Assembly (NCBI GenBank): GCA_965207375.1
Contig: OZ242274.1
Location: 2,080,001 to 2,144,000, forward strand
DNA length: 64,000 bases
Source: Nitrosopumilaceae archaeon
GTDB lineage: Archaea; Thermoproteota; Nitrososphaeria; Nitrososphaerales; Nitrosopumilaceae
Reading direction: 5' to 3'
Position 1 is the stretch's first letter. Each line of letters starts with the position of its first letter. The notes under the pieces were generated by a model. That model did no database searches, was not told the DNA's origin, and worked only from the letters and a program-made list of their open reading frames with translations. Positions 9,813 to 19,447 of this stretch are shown in pieces. Both the position numbers and the translations under genes were made by a program.

Positions 9813-11513
9813 CTAAGATGGCAATATCATTTCCTTTAATGAAGTTCCTGGTGCCACAAATGGCAATACGTCCTCTTCGGGGTCAATTGGAATATCAATT
9901 ACGGTTGCAACATCGCTTTTTATCGCTGTCTTAATTGCATTATCAAGCTCTTCCATTGATTGTGCGCGTATTCCTTGAGCACCATATGATTCTGCTAGTT
10001 TTACATAATCTGGACAATGTTTTTGATCCACACCGATCATTCGTCTGTCGTAAAAGGTACGTTGCCATTGTGCAACCATGCCCAATGTGTAATTGTTTAT
10101 GAGAAATACAATAACTGGAATGTCTTCAGTAATACAGGTTGCAAGAGAGTTTTCAGTCATGTTAAAGCTTCCATCGCCTGCAATGTCCACTACTGGAACG
10201 TCTGGTTTTGCCACTTTGGCGCCTATGGCTGCAGGAAATCCCCATCCCATTGTGCCCAAACCCGTGGAGCTAAAAAAAGTGCCAGGCGATATCACGTCAT
10301 AAAATAGCGATGCCCACATTTGATGCTGTCCTACTTCAGTAGTTACAATTGATTCTTTTGGTAGCAGTTGCCTTAGTTTTCTTAAAATTTTAGCTGCTCC
10401 AAGCTCGCCAGGATGTAATTTCAAGTTCTCACGCCAATACTCTTTTACCTCACGTACATGTCTTAACCAAATATTGTCATCACTTCTTTTTACTGCCTGT
10501 TGGGTCAACATCTTTACCATAACTCGCAATGAGGCGCGTACATCACCTATCACTGCTACTTGGGTTGTTTGATTTTTGCCAATTTCGGCAGGATCTACAT
10601 CCATGTGAATGATTTTCAAATTCCTTTCAAACTCTTCAAATGTTCCAACAGATCTATCTGAGAATCTAGTTCCAATTGCAAGTACGCAATCTGCTTCACT
10701 CATCAACTTGTTTGCCTCAGCATGTCCATGCATTCCAATTGGGCCCAGAGATAGAGGATGCGTTTCGGGAAATGCACCCTTGCCCTTAAAAGTTGTCACT
10801 ACAGGAATCATAAGCAGTTCTGCAACTGCTTGTAATTCTGCAAATGCAGAAGAGATAATAGTTCCACCACCGGCTAAAATTATTGGTTTTTCAGAACCAA
10901 GCAACATTTTGATCGCACGTTCGATTTTAACCATATCAGGATCAGTCCACGGATGATATCCGCGAATCTTAAACTCTTCAGGAAAATTCATTAGAGCCTC
11001 GTTTTGTTGAACGTCTTTTGGAATGTCAAGTAATACGGGTCCGGGTCTACCAGTTTCTGCAATGTAAAATCCTTTTTTAACAATTTCAGGAATGTCTGCG
11101 GCATCTCTTGGTTGAAATGCATATTTTACTACAGGATTTGCCATTCCAATTATGTCACTTTCCTGAAAGGCATCTTTGCCTATCATCTTTACAGGTACTT
11201 GACCAGTAACTGCGATCATTGGAGCAGAATCGGCCTGTGCAGTAGCTATTCCAGTAAGAATATTTGTAGCACCGGGACCAGAGGTTGCAAAACACACTCC
11301 TGGTTTTCTACTTACTCTGCCAAATCCGTCTGCCATGTGAGCTGCTGACTGCTCATGTCGAACCAAGATATGTCGAATGTTTGATTTGTATAGTTCATCA
11401 TACATTGGGAGATTAGCTCCACCAGGTAATCCAAATACCTCCTTGACGCCTTCCTTTTCCATAGATTTCATCAAAGCAGCAGCACCTGACATTGTTTCCA
11501 TATTATTGATCAA
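9813..11513 (-). CDS. ilvB: Acetolactate synthase large subunit
   Basis: FGLPGG, RHEQ, SGPGATN, GQHQMW, GDGSF ThDP-binding motif. Confidence 0.97.
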   Translation of the reverse strand: MINNMETMSGAAALMKSMEKEGVKEVFGLPGGANLPMYDELYKSNIRHILVRHEQSAAHMADGFGRVSRKPGVCFATSGPGATNILTGIATAQADSAPMIAVTGQVPVKMIGKDAFQESDIIGMANPVVKYAFQPRDAADIPEIVKKGFYIAETGRPGPVLLDIPKDVQQNEALMNFPEEFKIRGYHPWTDPDMVKIERAIKMLLGSEKPIILAGGGTIISSAFAELQAVAELLMIPVVTTFKGKGAFPETHPLSLGPIGMHGHAEANKLMSEADCVLAIGTRFSDRSVGTFEEFERNLKIIHMDVDPAEIGKNQTTQVAVIGDVRASLRVMVKMLTQQAVKRSDDNIWLRHVREVKEYWRENLKLHPGELGAAKILRKLRQLLPKESIVTTEVGQHQMWASLFYDVISPGTFFSSTGLGTMGWGFPAAIGAKVAKPDVPVVDIAGDGSFNMTENSLATCITEDIPVIVFLINNYTLGMVAQWQRTFYDRRMIGVDQKHCPDYVKLAESYGAQGIRAQSMEELDNAIKTAIKSDVATVIDIPIDPEEDVLPFVAPGTSLKEMILPS

Positions 11514-11560
11514 CTTTTATCCCCATAATTTTAATCTAGTAAACCCAACAATGTTGGATT

Positions 11561-11614
11561 TTAGTACAGAACCTCCAGTAGAAGAATTTGAAAAGAAGCT
11601 ACTGGACCGAACAT
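11561..11614 (-). promoter_or_regulatory. Upstream ORF / putative leader peptide MFGPVASFQILLLEVLY of the ilv-leu operon
   Basis: ATG..TAA, 17 codons of which 7 are Val/Ile/Leu; TATA-like TTATAAAC about 25 bp upstream; two hairpins. Confidence 0.6.
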
Positions 11615-11795
11615 GTTATACCAAACACAGGATTGTTTATAAGATTAATGGATTAGATAACAATCTGCTAACCTCAAATCTTGACTATGATTTTTGAGAG
11701 AACACCAAAAATCATACTTTAAAAAAACACAGTTATCACCAGTTTATAGATGCCAATTAAAACTCAAGTTTGAGACTCTGAAATTTCTATTTTGA

Positions 11796-12107
11796 TTAAA
11801 AATCTTTTGGAATGTGATTGTTTGCTTTTAACCATTCAACCTGTGGCAAGGTAAATCTCCACACGATATCCCCACGATCATCACTGTTAAAGTCCCAAGG
11901 AGCAATTACAACAATGTCATTGTCACGAATCCAAACACGCCTTTTTAATTTGCCTCGGATTCTACCACGCCTAGTAATTCCATCCATACACTTTATCATA
12001 ACATTTTCGCCGCCAAGCATTTTTAAAACTCGTCCAAACATTTCACCTTCTTCAGGCAGACGAATTTCTTTTAGTGCACTTTCATTTTTTACCTGACGCT
12101 TTCCCAT
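11796..12107 (-). CDS. eif1A: Translation initiation factor aIF-1A
   Basis: GRVLKMLG, RGRIRGKLKRRVWIR.DIV, RGDIVWR. Confidence 0.95.
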   Translation of the reverse strand: MGKRQVKNESALKEIRLPEEGEMFGRVLKMLGGENVMIKCMDGITRRGRIRGKLKRRVWIRDNDIVVIAPWDFNSDDRGDIVWRFTLPQVEWLKANNHIPKDF

Positions 12108-12202
12108 AAGGATGCGTCCATTTACATTACATATAACTGTGAAGATTAATCAAGACTTTTTGCAAACAAAGGAATTTTATGCAAAGCAATTGTAGATAAA
12201 AA

Positions 12203-12796
12203 ATGAAATTTCAGTGTGTGCCAGATTGCTCCCAGTGCTGTATCGAAAGAGAATATTTCCCATCAAAAGAATATGGAAAGATTGGAGTCCTGATTTTGCC
12301 TGAGGAAAAAGACAAAATAGAACAAATGGCCAAACACAAAGGCATCACAGTATCAATTATTCCCAGAATAGGAATTTCAAATTATAAAGATGACAAACCA
12401 AATGAAACTATAGCATATCAAATGATGGGAAGAGAAAAAAATGGAAACACATGTCCGTTTTTAGATACAGAATCAGATGAGAGAACAGAGCACGGAGGAC
12501 ACTTGTGCAAAATTTATCAGAACAGACCATTGGCATGTGTAGCATATCCATTGGAGGAAATCGAACCTACAACATTAGATCAAAAATGCAAGTTTTGCAA
12601 AGAGCGAGGAAATGCAGATACAAATCTTGATGCAGAGACTGAATCATTGTTATACATCAAGGCCAAAATGAAAACAGATGCAGATACCATATGGAGGTAT
12701 GCCACCGGAGTAGGAGAAGAATTTGATAAAGCATATATCAAAAAAGGATGGATAAAAGAGATACAATATCAAAAAAAGAAGGCAGCAAAAAATTAA
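12203..12796 (+). CDS. YkgJ-family cysteine cluster (Zn/Fe-chelating) protein
   Basis: FQC..C.QCC, CPFL, CKIY..RPL.C..YP. Confidence 0.85.
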   Translation: MKFQCVPDCSQCCIEREYFPSKEYGKIGVLILPEEKDKIEQMAKHKGITVSIIPRIGISNYKDDKPNETIAYQMMGREKNGNTCPFLDTESDERTEHGGHLCKIYQNRPLACVAYPLEEIEPTTLDQKCKFCKERGNADTNLDAETESLLYIKAKMKTDADTIWRYATGVGEEFDKAYIKKGWIKEIQYQKKKAAKN

Positions 12797-12881
12797 GACA
12801 GATAAAAACTAGATTTGACAATACCTGATTTTACAAATGTAACAAAACAATACAGCATTTACAAAAATTAAGGCATACAGT

Positions 12882-13934
12882 TTAAGGATTGATGACTGCC
12901 CTGCCTATGATTTTGCGGTCTTTAAGATCGTTGAGTGCATTGCCTGCATCATCAAGGGAATAGTGTGTTGAGACAATCGAATTGATGTCCCCTTTTTTTG
13001 CTAGCTCCAAAAGATCCACCATGTCACTAAAACTACCAGTGTATGCTCCCTGAATAGTAATTGCTTTTAGAGGTACAGTAACTAGAGACAGCTCAATGGA
13101 GCCACCAAACAGACCAACTAGAACCAAATTACCGCGTTTTCGTAAAACAGAGAGCCCCAATTTAACAGTAGGTGGAGCATTTACAAAGTCGACTACACTG
13201 TCTGCACCTTTGTCATTACAGATTGAGAGTATTTTTTGGCTAGTTTGTGGATTTTTAGAGTTTACGATAAAATCTGCACCCATATCTTTGGCAGTTTGCA
13301 ATTTTTCATCATCTAGATCAACACAAATAATTTTTGCACTAGTGATAGCATTTGCTATTTGAACACCCATCAGACCGAGTCCGCCTGCGCCAACTATTAC
13401 AATAAACTCGGGAGAATTAATATTTGCCTTTTTAATTGCAGTATATGCGGTCAATCCGGAGCATGCCAACGAGGCTGCACCATCCAAATCAATACCTGAT
13501 ACTTTGGCTAGATATTTGTAATTTGGAACAAGTACGTATTGGGCGTATCCACCATTTTCAAAGACACCTAACGACTTTGGCGTATCGCACAGGTTTTCAT
13601 TTCCTGCCTTGCATGTGGTGCATTGATTGCATCCTATCCACGGATAAACTAAAACATCATCTCCTATCGAAATGTCTTGTACGTCAGGGCCAACCCCGTA
13701 AACGGAGCCAACAATTTCATGTCCAGGTGTTACAGGATATTTTACGCCCCTGTCTGTAACCTTCATGAATGTGCCATCACCTAAATCATATCCTCCCTCC
13801 CACAAGTGGAGGTCGCTGTGACATACGCCTGTTGCTTTTACACGTACAAGCACCTGAGAACCGGTAGCTTTTGGAGTTTCTAGCTCTGTTATCTTTAATG
13901 GGGCATCAGGTTCTATGATTTGAGCAGCCTTCAC
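12882..13934 (-). CDS. Zn-dependent alcohol dehydrogenase (MDR family)
   Basis: CHSDLH, GHE, CxxCxxC(x7)C, GAGGLG. Confidence 0.93.
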   Translation of the reverse strand: MKAAQIIEPDAPLKITELETPKATGSQVLVRVKATGVCHSDLHLWEGGYDLGDGTFMKVTDRGVKYPVTPGHEIVGSVYGVGPDVQDISIGDDVLVYPWIGCNQCTTCKAGNENLCDTPKSLGVFENGGYAQYVLVPNYKYLAKVSGIDLDGAASLACSGLTAYTAIKKANINSPEFIVIVGAGGLGLMGVQIANAITSAKIICVDLDDEKLQTAKDMGADFIVNSKNPQTSQKILSICNDKGADSVVDFVNAPPTVKLGLSVLRKRGNLVLVGLFGGSIELSLVTVPLKAITIQGAYTGSFSDMVDLLELAKKGDINSIVSTHYSLDDAGNALNDLKDRKIIGRAVINP

Positions 13935-14029
13935 AGTGTCAAATCACAGTCATTACAATATAAGAGTTGACTGGAAAGGATAAAAAAATAAAGCTCTTAG
14001 ATATTATGTAGTGTTACGAAAAATTTCGT

Positions 14030-14704
14030 ATGAGTGAAGATAGTGCGCCTACTAGTATCTCCCAAGCGCCAATTAACATCCTGTTTAACACATCAGGAAT
14101 AGTCAAAAAAGACGTATGGGAGATTGATCTAATCAGCATACTCAAACTGTTGATTAGGGTTTTAGAAAAAAGCGGCAAAAAAGACCTCAGGGTGGCAGGC
14201 ATGGCAGCTCTGTCATCATCGCTGATCTACAGAATGAAGGTCGAAAGTATTTTTGCACTGCAAAGAGCAGCAATGGAGAAAAAACCAATACTTCAAAGAA
14301 AAGATGTCAACATTGAACTAATCAATATACCATACAGACATGAATCGACATACCCTGTAACACTAGACGATTTGCTAGGATTGTTAGAAAATCTGATTGG
14401 CTCTATTGCAAATCCACAGTCTAGGGCAAAGACCAAAATAAATGAGTTAATAGAGCCTCCAGACTTTGAGAAATATTTCATATCACTAGAAAACATAATT
14501 GAAGAGTACGAAGATCTTGTAATCAAAAAAATATCTCTCACAGGTACAGCAATGCTGCAAGATATAATAGTGGATTTAGATGAAACCGATTCGATTAGAT
14601 GCTTTTTTGCAGTTTTGTTTTTAGCAAGAGATGAAAAAGTAGACCTAGAGCAGGCAGATGAGGATATCAAAATAACGCTAATCAAAAAGGAATTGTCTAC
14701 ATGA
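14030..14704 (+). CDS. scpA: Segregation/condensation protein A (kleisin)
   Basis: DVWEIDL N-terminus, FFAVLFLA...VDLEQ C-terminal wHTH; adjacent to scpB. Confidence 0.8.
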   Translation: MSEDSAPTSISQAPINILFNTSGIVKKDVWEIDLISILKLLIRVLEKSGKKDLRVAGMAALSSSLIYRMKVESIFALQRAAMEKKPILQRKDVNIELINIPYRHESTYPVTLDDLLGLLENLIGSIANPQSRAKTKINELIEPPDFEKYFISLENIIEEYEDLVIKKISLTGTAMLQDIIVDLDETDSIRCFFAVLFLARDEKVDLEQADEDIKITLIKKELST

Positions 14705-14725
14705 TCAAAAAAAGAGAGGAGTTAA

Positions 14726-15283
14726 TTGGAAAAAATTAGTCAGAATGAGGCCACAGCAAGAATCGAGGCTGCTCTTTATTCGGCAGGAAGACCTCTTAGA
14801 ATAGAGGAAATCACCAGAGCCTCGGGTACAGAATCAAGAATAAAAACTCTAGAAATTCTAGAGAGTGTAAGGAAAAAAACAAAAAATAACTTTAAAGCAT
14901 TAGAGGTGGTAATTTTGCCAGATGGGACATATGTTTTTCAACTAAAACCAGAATATACAGATGTAGTTAGAAGATATGCATCAAAACCAATTCTGCCAAA
15001 GGCAACACTCAAAACATTATCATACATTGCATACATGCAGCCTATTTCATCAAAACAACTAGTAGAGACTAGAGGTACCGGAGTATACTCACATCTAAAG
15101 GAGTTAAAGCAGCTTGACTTTATAAAAAGTCAAAGTGTCGGCAGACTCAAAATTTACACCACAACTGAAAAATTCCAAAAGTATTTTGGAATACAGGGTG
15201 ATTCAGATTCTTTAAAACAAAAACTGTTCAAAAAGGTAAGAAAGGTATCAGAGCCCACACTGCAAAACACGGTATCTCAATGA
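14726..15283 (+). CDS. scpB: Segregation/condensation protein B
   Basis: IEAALYS, TLSYIAY.QPI, RG, YTTTEKF..YFG. Confidence 0.92.
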   Translation: MEKISQNEATARIEAALYSAGRPLRIEEITRASGTESRIKTLEILESVRKKTKNNFKALEVVILPDGTYVFQLKPEYTDVVRRYASKPILPKATLKTLSYIAYMQPISSKQLVETRGTGVYSHLKELKQLDFIKSQSVGRLKIYTTTEKFQKYFGIQGDSDSLKQKLFKKVRKVSEPTLQNTVSQ

Positions 15284-15350
15284 TACAGATACATCTTGCA
15301 TCGCCAAGTTTTTGCGTTGTGTATAAATTAGAGGGGTTTTGAGTTAAGGC

Positions 15351-15728
15351 GTGAGAAAATCAGTAGAAAACTTGGCAACAAGCAAGATTACAGGAGGCGT
15401 CCGCCACCCGCTAAGAATTAGACGAAAATATGAAACAGATAGATATCCAAATGAGGCAGTTACAGGTGCACAGGTTACGATAACTAGAAGAACAAGAGGG
15501 TCTAACAGAAAAACTGCATTAAAAACAATTGATTTTGCAAACTTGGTTACCGAAGATAAAGTAAAAAAGGTAAAAATTACCAAGGTTTTAGATAATACAA
15601 CTAACAACGACTATAAGCGTCGCGGCATAATTACAAAGGGTGCAATTTTAGAAACAGAGGGCGGCAAGTGCAGGGTTGTTTCAAAACCTGGCCAACACGG
15701 TGTAGTAAATGCAATTTTGGTAAAGTGA
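15351..15728 (+). CDS. rps8e: 30S ribosomal protein S8e
   Basis: KITGG, R.RGSN.K, IITKGAILET, SKPGQHGVVNA. Confidence 0.95.
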   Translation: MRKSVENLATSKITGGVRHPLRIRRKYETDRYPNEAVTGAQVTITRRTRGSNRKTALKTIDFANLVTEDKVKKVKITKVLDNTTNNDYKRRGIITKGAILETEGGKCRVVSKPGQHGVVNAILVK

Positions 15729-15732
15729 TCAA

Positions 15733-16032
15733 ATGAAAGATTACGAACACGTCGTAGTCTGGCTGGATTATTTTAACAAGACACTTCCACGAGCCAAAGG
15801 TCGCCGAGTTCAAAAAGAAAAATGTGTTTTTGACCCATCACTTGGCGAATTAGCAGATGCAGCAAAGGCTGCAGGATATAAAATTACAGAATCCGAAGAC
15901 ACAGTCAGATTTCCTAGGAGACCATATGTTAGGTCAGGATACGTTGTTTTGCCAAAAGAATCCCCAAAGACAGAAATTCTTTACAAGATTTCAGAAAAAC
16001 TTGTGGCAAAAAGGCACAAGCAGGCAAAGTAA
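15733..16032 (+). CDS. srp19: Signal recognition particle SRP19
   Basis: VWLDYF, R..GRRV, FPR, SGYV. Confidence 0.85.
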   Translation: MKDYEHVVVWLDYFNKTLPRAKGRRVQKEKCVFDPSLGELADAAKAAGYKITESEDTVRFPRRPYVRSGYVVLPKESPKTEILYKISEKLVAKRHKQAK

Positions 16033-16106
16033 AATCAATTCTAGCTCGTTACTAAAGTAAATTTGACAAAAGTATATGATAAGAACCAAGTACAAATGAA
16101 TTTTAA

Positions 16107-16376
16107 TTGCAGGAGGTAGGCGAAATATCGCACTTGGCCAGTAGTGGCAGGGTAATCGTTAGACTTTTAAAAAAAGTCGAGGAAGGGCAAATACTCTGCG
16201 ACGAAAAGAGTGTGAAAGTTGCAAAGGTTATGGAGTTAATAGGTCCAGTAGACCGACCATATGCATCTGCAGCATCACTTACTAACAATATCAAAAAATT
16301 TACTGGGAGGAAAATATTCGCATTAGAATTTTCCCCTGCAATCAAACCAAAAAAATTCAGGAGAAAACGAAAATGA
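16107..16376 (+). CDS. gar1: Gar1/Naf1-family H/ACA RNP protein
   Basis: VAKVMELIGPVDRPY motif; conserved srp19-gar1-tfb context. Confidence 0.85.
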   Translation: MQEVGEISHLASSGRVIVRLLKKVEEGQILCDEKSVKVAKVMELIGPVDRPYASAASLTNNIKKFTGRKIFALEFSPAIKPKKFRRKRK

Positions 16377-17329
16377 ATACATTAGAAACCACACATTGCT
16401 GTCCTGAATGTCAAGCTACACTAGTAGATGACTTTCAGAATGGCGAAAGAATTTGTTCCGGTTGCGGCATTGTCGTAGTTGAACAAATGGCAGACTATGG
16501 TCCAGAATCAATATCAAACAATCTTGAAGAGAAAATGAAACTAGCAAGAGCCACAGGACAGACAACACTTGCACAACATGATCTAGGGATCACAACAGAA
16601 ATTTCCATCAGTACAAAAGACTTTAGTGGAAAGACTATCGACTCGCAGGTTGCAAGTCAGATGCACAATCTGAGAAAATGGCAGCAAAGAGTAAGAGTAT
16701 CAACACCTAGAGAAAGACGACTTGCAAATGTTCTGACAAAAATTTCAGAAACATGTCAAAATCTGTCGCTTCCAAGAAACGTGTTGGAAACGGCATCACT
16801 GATCTACAGAAACCTAGACGACTATATGGATGTGAAAGGAAAATCCATCACAGGTATTTCTGCTGCAACAGTATACATGGCATGCAAGCAATGCGATGTG
16901 GTAAGATCTTTGGAAGAGATCTGTAAGGCAATATGTGCGCCAAAAGATGTCAAAACAAAAACAAAGAGGGCAGCACGCTACTACAGAATCATGGTCATGG
17001 AAATGGGTTCAGTAGCACCAGTTGTCACCATGGGCAAGTACATTTCAAAAATGGCAAATCTTGCACAGACAGACGTCAGAGTGGAAAGACTCGCGCTAGA
17101 AATAGCAGAAAAAACCAAAGATAACAACCTAGCAGATGGAAAGGCACCAAATGGCATAGCTGCTGCGTATTTGTACGTAGCATCAACACTGTTGGGCCAA
17201 AACATCCTACAAAGAGATGTATCTAGTATTGCAGGCGTTACAGAGGTAACAATACGCAACAGATGCAAGGAAATCTTGACAAAGTACAAACTAAAGATTG
17301 CATTAAGACCTTCTCTAGCCAAAAAATAA
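16373..17329 (+). CDS. tfb: Transcription initiation factor IIB
   Basis: Zn ribbon CPEC...CSGCG, LRKWQ, two cyclin repeats, GVTEVTIRNR. Confidence 0.95.
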   Translation: MNTLETTHCCPECQATLVDDFQNGERICSGCGIVVVEQMADYGPESISNNLEEKMKLARATGQTTLAQHDLGITTEISISTKDFSGKTIDSQVASQMHNLRKWQQRVRVSTPRERRLANVLTKISETCQNLSLPRNVLETASLIYRNLDDYMDVKGKSITGISAATVYMACKQCDVVRSLEEICKAICAPKDVKTKTKRAARYYRIMVMEMGSVAPVVTMGKYISKMANLAQTDVRVERLALEIAEKTKDNNLADGKAPNGIAAAYLYVASTLLGQNILQRDVSSIAGVTEVTIRNRCKEILTKYKLKIALRPSLAKK

Positions 17330-17369
17330 TCACCCCTTTTTTCTATTTTATTTGGGCCTCATTGACAAT

Positions 17370-17451
17370 TAAGAGATTAGATTCACTGTTCCTGTATGTC
17401 TGATCAAACACGGCTCACGCAAACCTATCACACCGAACCTAGCATTTTATG
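17370..17451. repeat. Degenerate ~85-bp direct repeat, copy A (copy B at 19448-19532)
   Basis: TAAGAG.TAG.TTCACTGTTCC...ACACG..TCAC...CTAG.AT.TTATG present in both copies. Confidence 0.65.
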
Positions 17452-17563
17452 CAATTAACCTACAGGATTTCCAGTACAGTTTTACTGCCTTATCCTAGAG
17501 ACCTATCGTATTTTTTAGAGGAAAAGACAGATGCGGCACACCAGACAGCAGGGGGCACCTGTA

Positions 17564-17645
17564 GATAACTGTCAAGTGTTGTTTTAAAATCATGGTATAA
17601 TTTAGGCATAAATTTACGATGTTATCAAAAAATAGTAAAATCTAG
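17564..17645. repeat. Dispersed AT-rich repeat unit related to the tandem units at 54518-54720
   Basis: GATAACTGT..GTGTTGTTTT...TTAGGCATA...TCAAAAAATA...AAAATCTAG shared with 54518-54590. Confidence 0.55.
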
Positions 17646-17729
17646 ACAGGCATCAAAGGTTACAAAATGATTTGATTTTGTATCAAAATGCATCGGACTG
17701 TGATTTTATCCACGATATACAAGGCAAAT

Positions 17730-17774
17730 TTATAGTATAATTACTATAACATTATATAAAAAACACTATAACAT
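17730..17774 (+). promoter_or_regulatory. Putative promoter/operator of the wHTH-nucleotidyltransferase operon
   Basis: Perfect IR TTATAGTA-N4-TACTATAA (17730-17749); direct repeat ACTATAACAT (17743, 17765) flanking TATA box TTATATAAA (17752-17760). Confidence 0.55.
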
Positions 17775-17790
17775 ATGGAAATGGGTAAAA

Positions 17791-18885
17791 ATGAATGAAA
17801 CAGAATTTAGAATATTGGATGTGCTCGCACGAGAAATAGGCAATAGTATATCAATTAATAAACTAACTGAAAAAATCAAACAGATTCACGGTACTGCACA
17901 CTATACAAACATACATGCAGAATTACAAAACATTACAAAAAAGAAAATAACAAAGTTGACAAAATTAGGAAAGGCAACAATTACAAAACTTAACTTTGAT
18001 AACTATCTGGTAATTGATCATTTATCAGAAATGGAATTAATTAAAAAAATTAAGGTCTTGGAGAATAATTCTAATTACCAACTAATCATTTCAGATTTGA
18101 ACATTCTAGTCAAAGATCTTTTTTTTGTAAAATTCGTTTTGCTAGCAGAACCTGACCGTAATATAAAATTAAATCGAATGGATATAGTTTGGATATTAAG
18201 ATCCTTGCCGTTAGTTGAGGTAGATAAAGAAATAGATAAAATACATAATGTCGTACAAAAACTACAACGAATTCATAACATAAAAATTGATTGTCTTTTC
18301 TTGTATGATGAGAAATTTGTTAATTTATTAAAAATGGATGATGCAAATATGATAAAAGAAATGTTATTTAATAAAATTGTTTTATTTCATCCTCAAATAT
18401 TTTGGATGGAAATAAAAGAAATCTCAAGTAACGGAACATACATTAAAATTGAAGAATATCAAACGCATCCAGGAAAAATACGCGATATTGATTTGAGTTT
18501 TAATCTTGCACGATTTGGTTACACAGAAATGGGAACTAAAATATCTTCAGATGCAAAATCAATCGGAATAGAATACATCATTACATCAATTTTGGTAAAA
18601 AAAGACAATGTTAGAAAATTAGAAGCAATACCAATAATTCTTGCAAAAAATAATGAAAAAATAAATTATCCACTTTTGATGTTTCTTGCATCTAAATTCC
18701 AAGTTACAAGACAAATCTATAATATTCTCAAAATTTTAGATGTTCTCAAGCCTACAAAAGAAGTTCAAAGTGCGATAAAAGAAATGTTTAAGCGCAATAT
18801 GCAAAAGACAAAAGAACAAAAAATGATTAATTTTAACCTAAAGGATGTAAAAAAGAAGATGAGACTGTACAATGTACTTGAATAA
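17791..18885 (+). CDS. Uncharacterised protein with N-terminal winged-HTH and a possible degenerate nucleotidyltransferase-like middle domain
   Basis: EFRILDVL...SISINKLTEKI...YTNIH wHTH-like start; overlaps the downstream gene; AT-rich. Confidence 0.6.
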   Translation: MNETEFRILDVLAREIGNSISINKLTEKIKQIHGTAHYTNIHAELQNITKKKITKLTKLGKATITKLNFDNYLVIDHLSEMELIKKIKVLENNSNYQLIISDLNILVKDLFFVKFVLLAEPDRNIKLNRMDIVWILRSLPLVEVDKEIDKIHNVVQKLQRIHNIKIDCLFLYDEKFVNLLKMDDANMIKEMLFNKIVLFHPQIFWMEIKEISSNGTYIKIEEYQTHPGKIRDIDLSFNLARFGYTEMGTKISSDAKSIGIEYIITSILVKKDNVRKLEAIPIILAKNNEKINYPLLMFLASKFQVTRQIYNILKILDVLKPTKEVQSAIKEMFKRNMQKTKEQKMINFNLKDVKKKMRLYNVLE

Positions 18886-19381
18886 GAAACAATTATTGGA
18901 TTTTTTAGAGGCGTTAGACACGGAGCTTGAACGTAAAATAACAGTTGTAGCAGTAGGTGGCACTGCTATGACTCTTCATGATTCAAAGACATCTACAATC
19001 GATGTGGATTTTACAATTCCTGCTGAATATTTTTATGAATTTAACAGGGTTCTAGACATAATCCCTCACGGATTCAAAGTAGATGTTTGGGATAATGGAA
19101 TGGTGTTTAGTCAAGATTTGCCTGAAGATTATTTGAAAAAAAGCAAGCCAATACGAACAAACATGAAAAACATGAAACTAAGGGCACTTGATCCTCTTGA
19201 TATAATCGTGACAAAAATTGGTAGACTAAATGAAAAAGACAAGGAAGATATTGCAACATGCATTAAAAAATTCAAAATAACAAAAGATCAGATTAAAAAA
19301 AGATCAAAACAAGTAATCTATACAGGACGAGAAGAAAATTATGAAATTAATCTGAATCATGTAATGAAAAAAATTTTCTAA
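18872..19381 (+). CDS. Nucleotidyltransferase (DUF6036/AbiEii-like)
   Basis: VAVGGTAM...T.DVDF, DIIVTKIGR...KDKEDI. Confidence 0.8.
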   Translation: MYLNKKQLLDFLEALDTELERKITVVAVGGTAMTLHDSKTSTIDVDFTIPAEYFYEFNRVLDIIPHGFKVDVWDNGMVFSQDLPEDYLKKSKPIRTNMKNMKLRALDPLDIIVTKIGRLNEKDKEDIATCIKKFKITKDQIKKRSKQVIYTGREENYEINLNHVMKKIF

Positions 19382-19447
19382 ACAGATATCAATTAAACAA
19401 TATGTAACCCATATCCAGACATTACAGTGATAGTACTAGACCAAATA

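Noticed and set aside
11377-11697. 106-aa plus-strand ORF
   Set aside because: Antisense to ilvB and its leader; no recognisable motifs
14030-15283. scpA-scpB without smc as a novel or Wadjet-like system
   Set aside because: Embedded in a housekeeping cluster; smc is commonly unlinked in archaea
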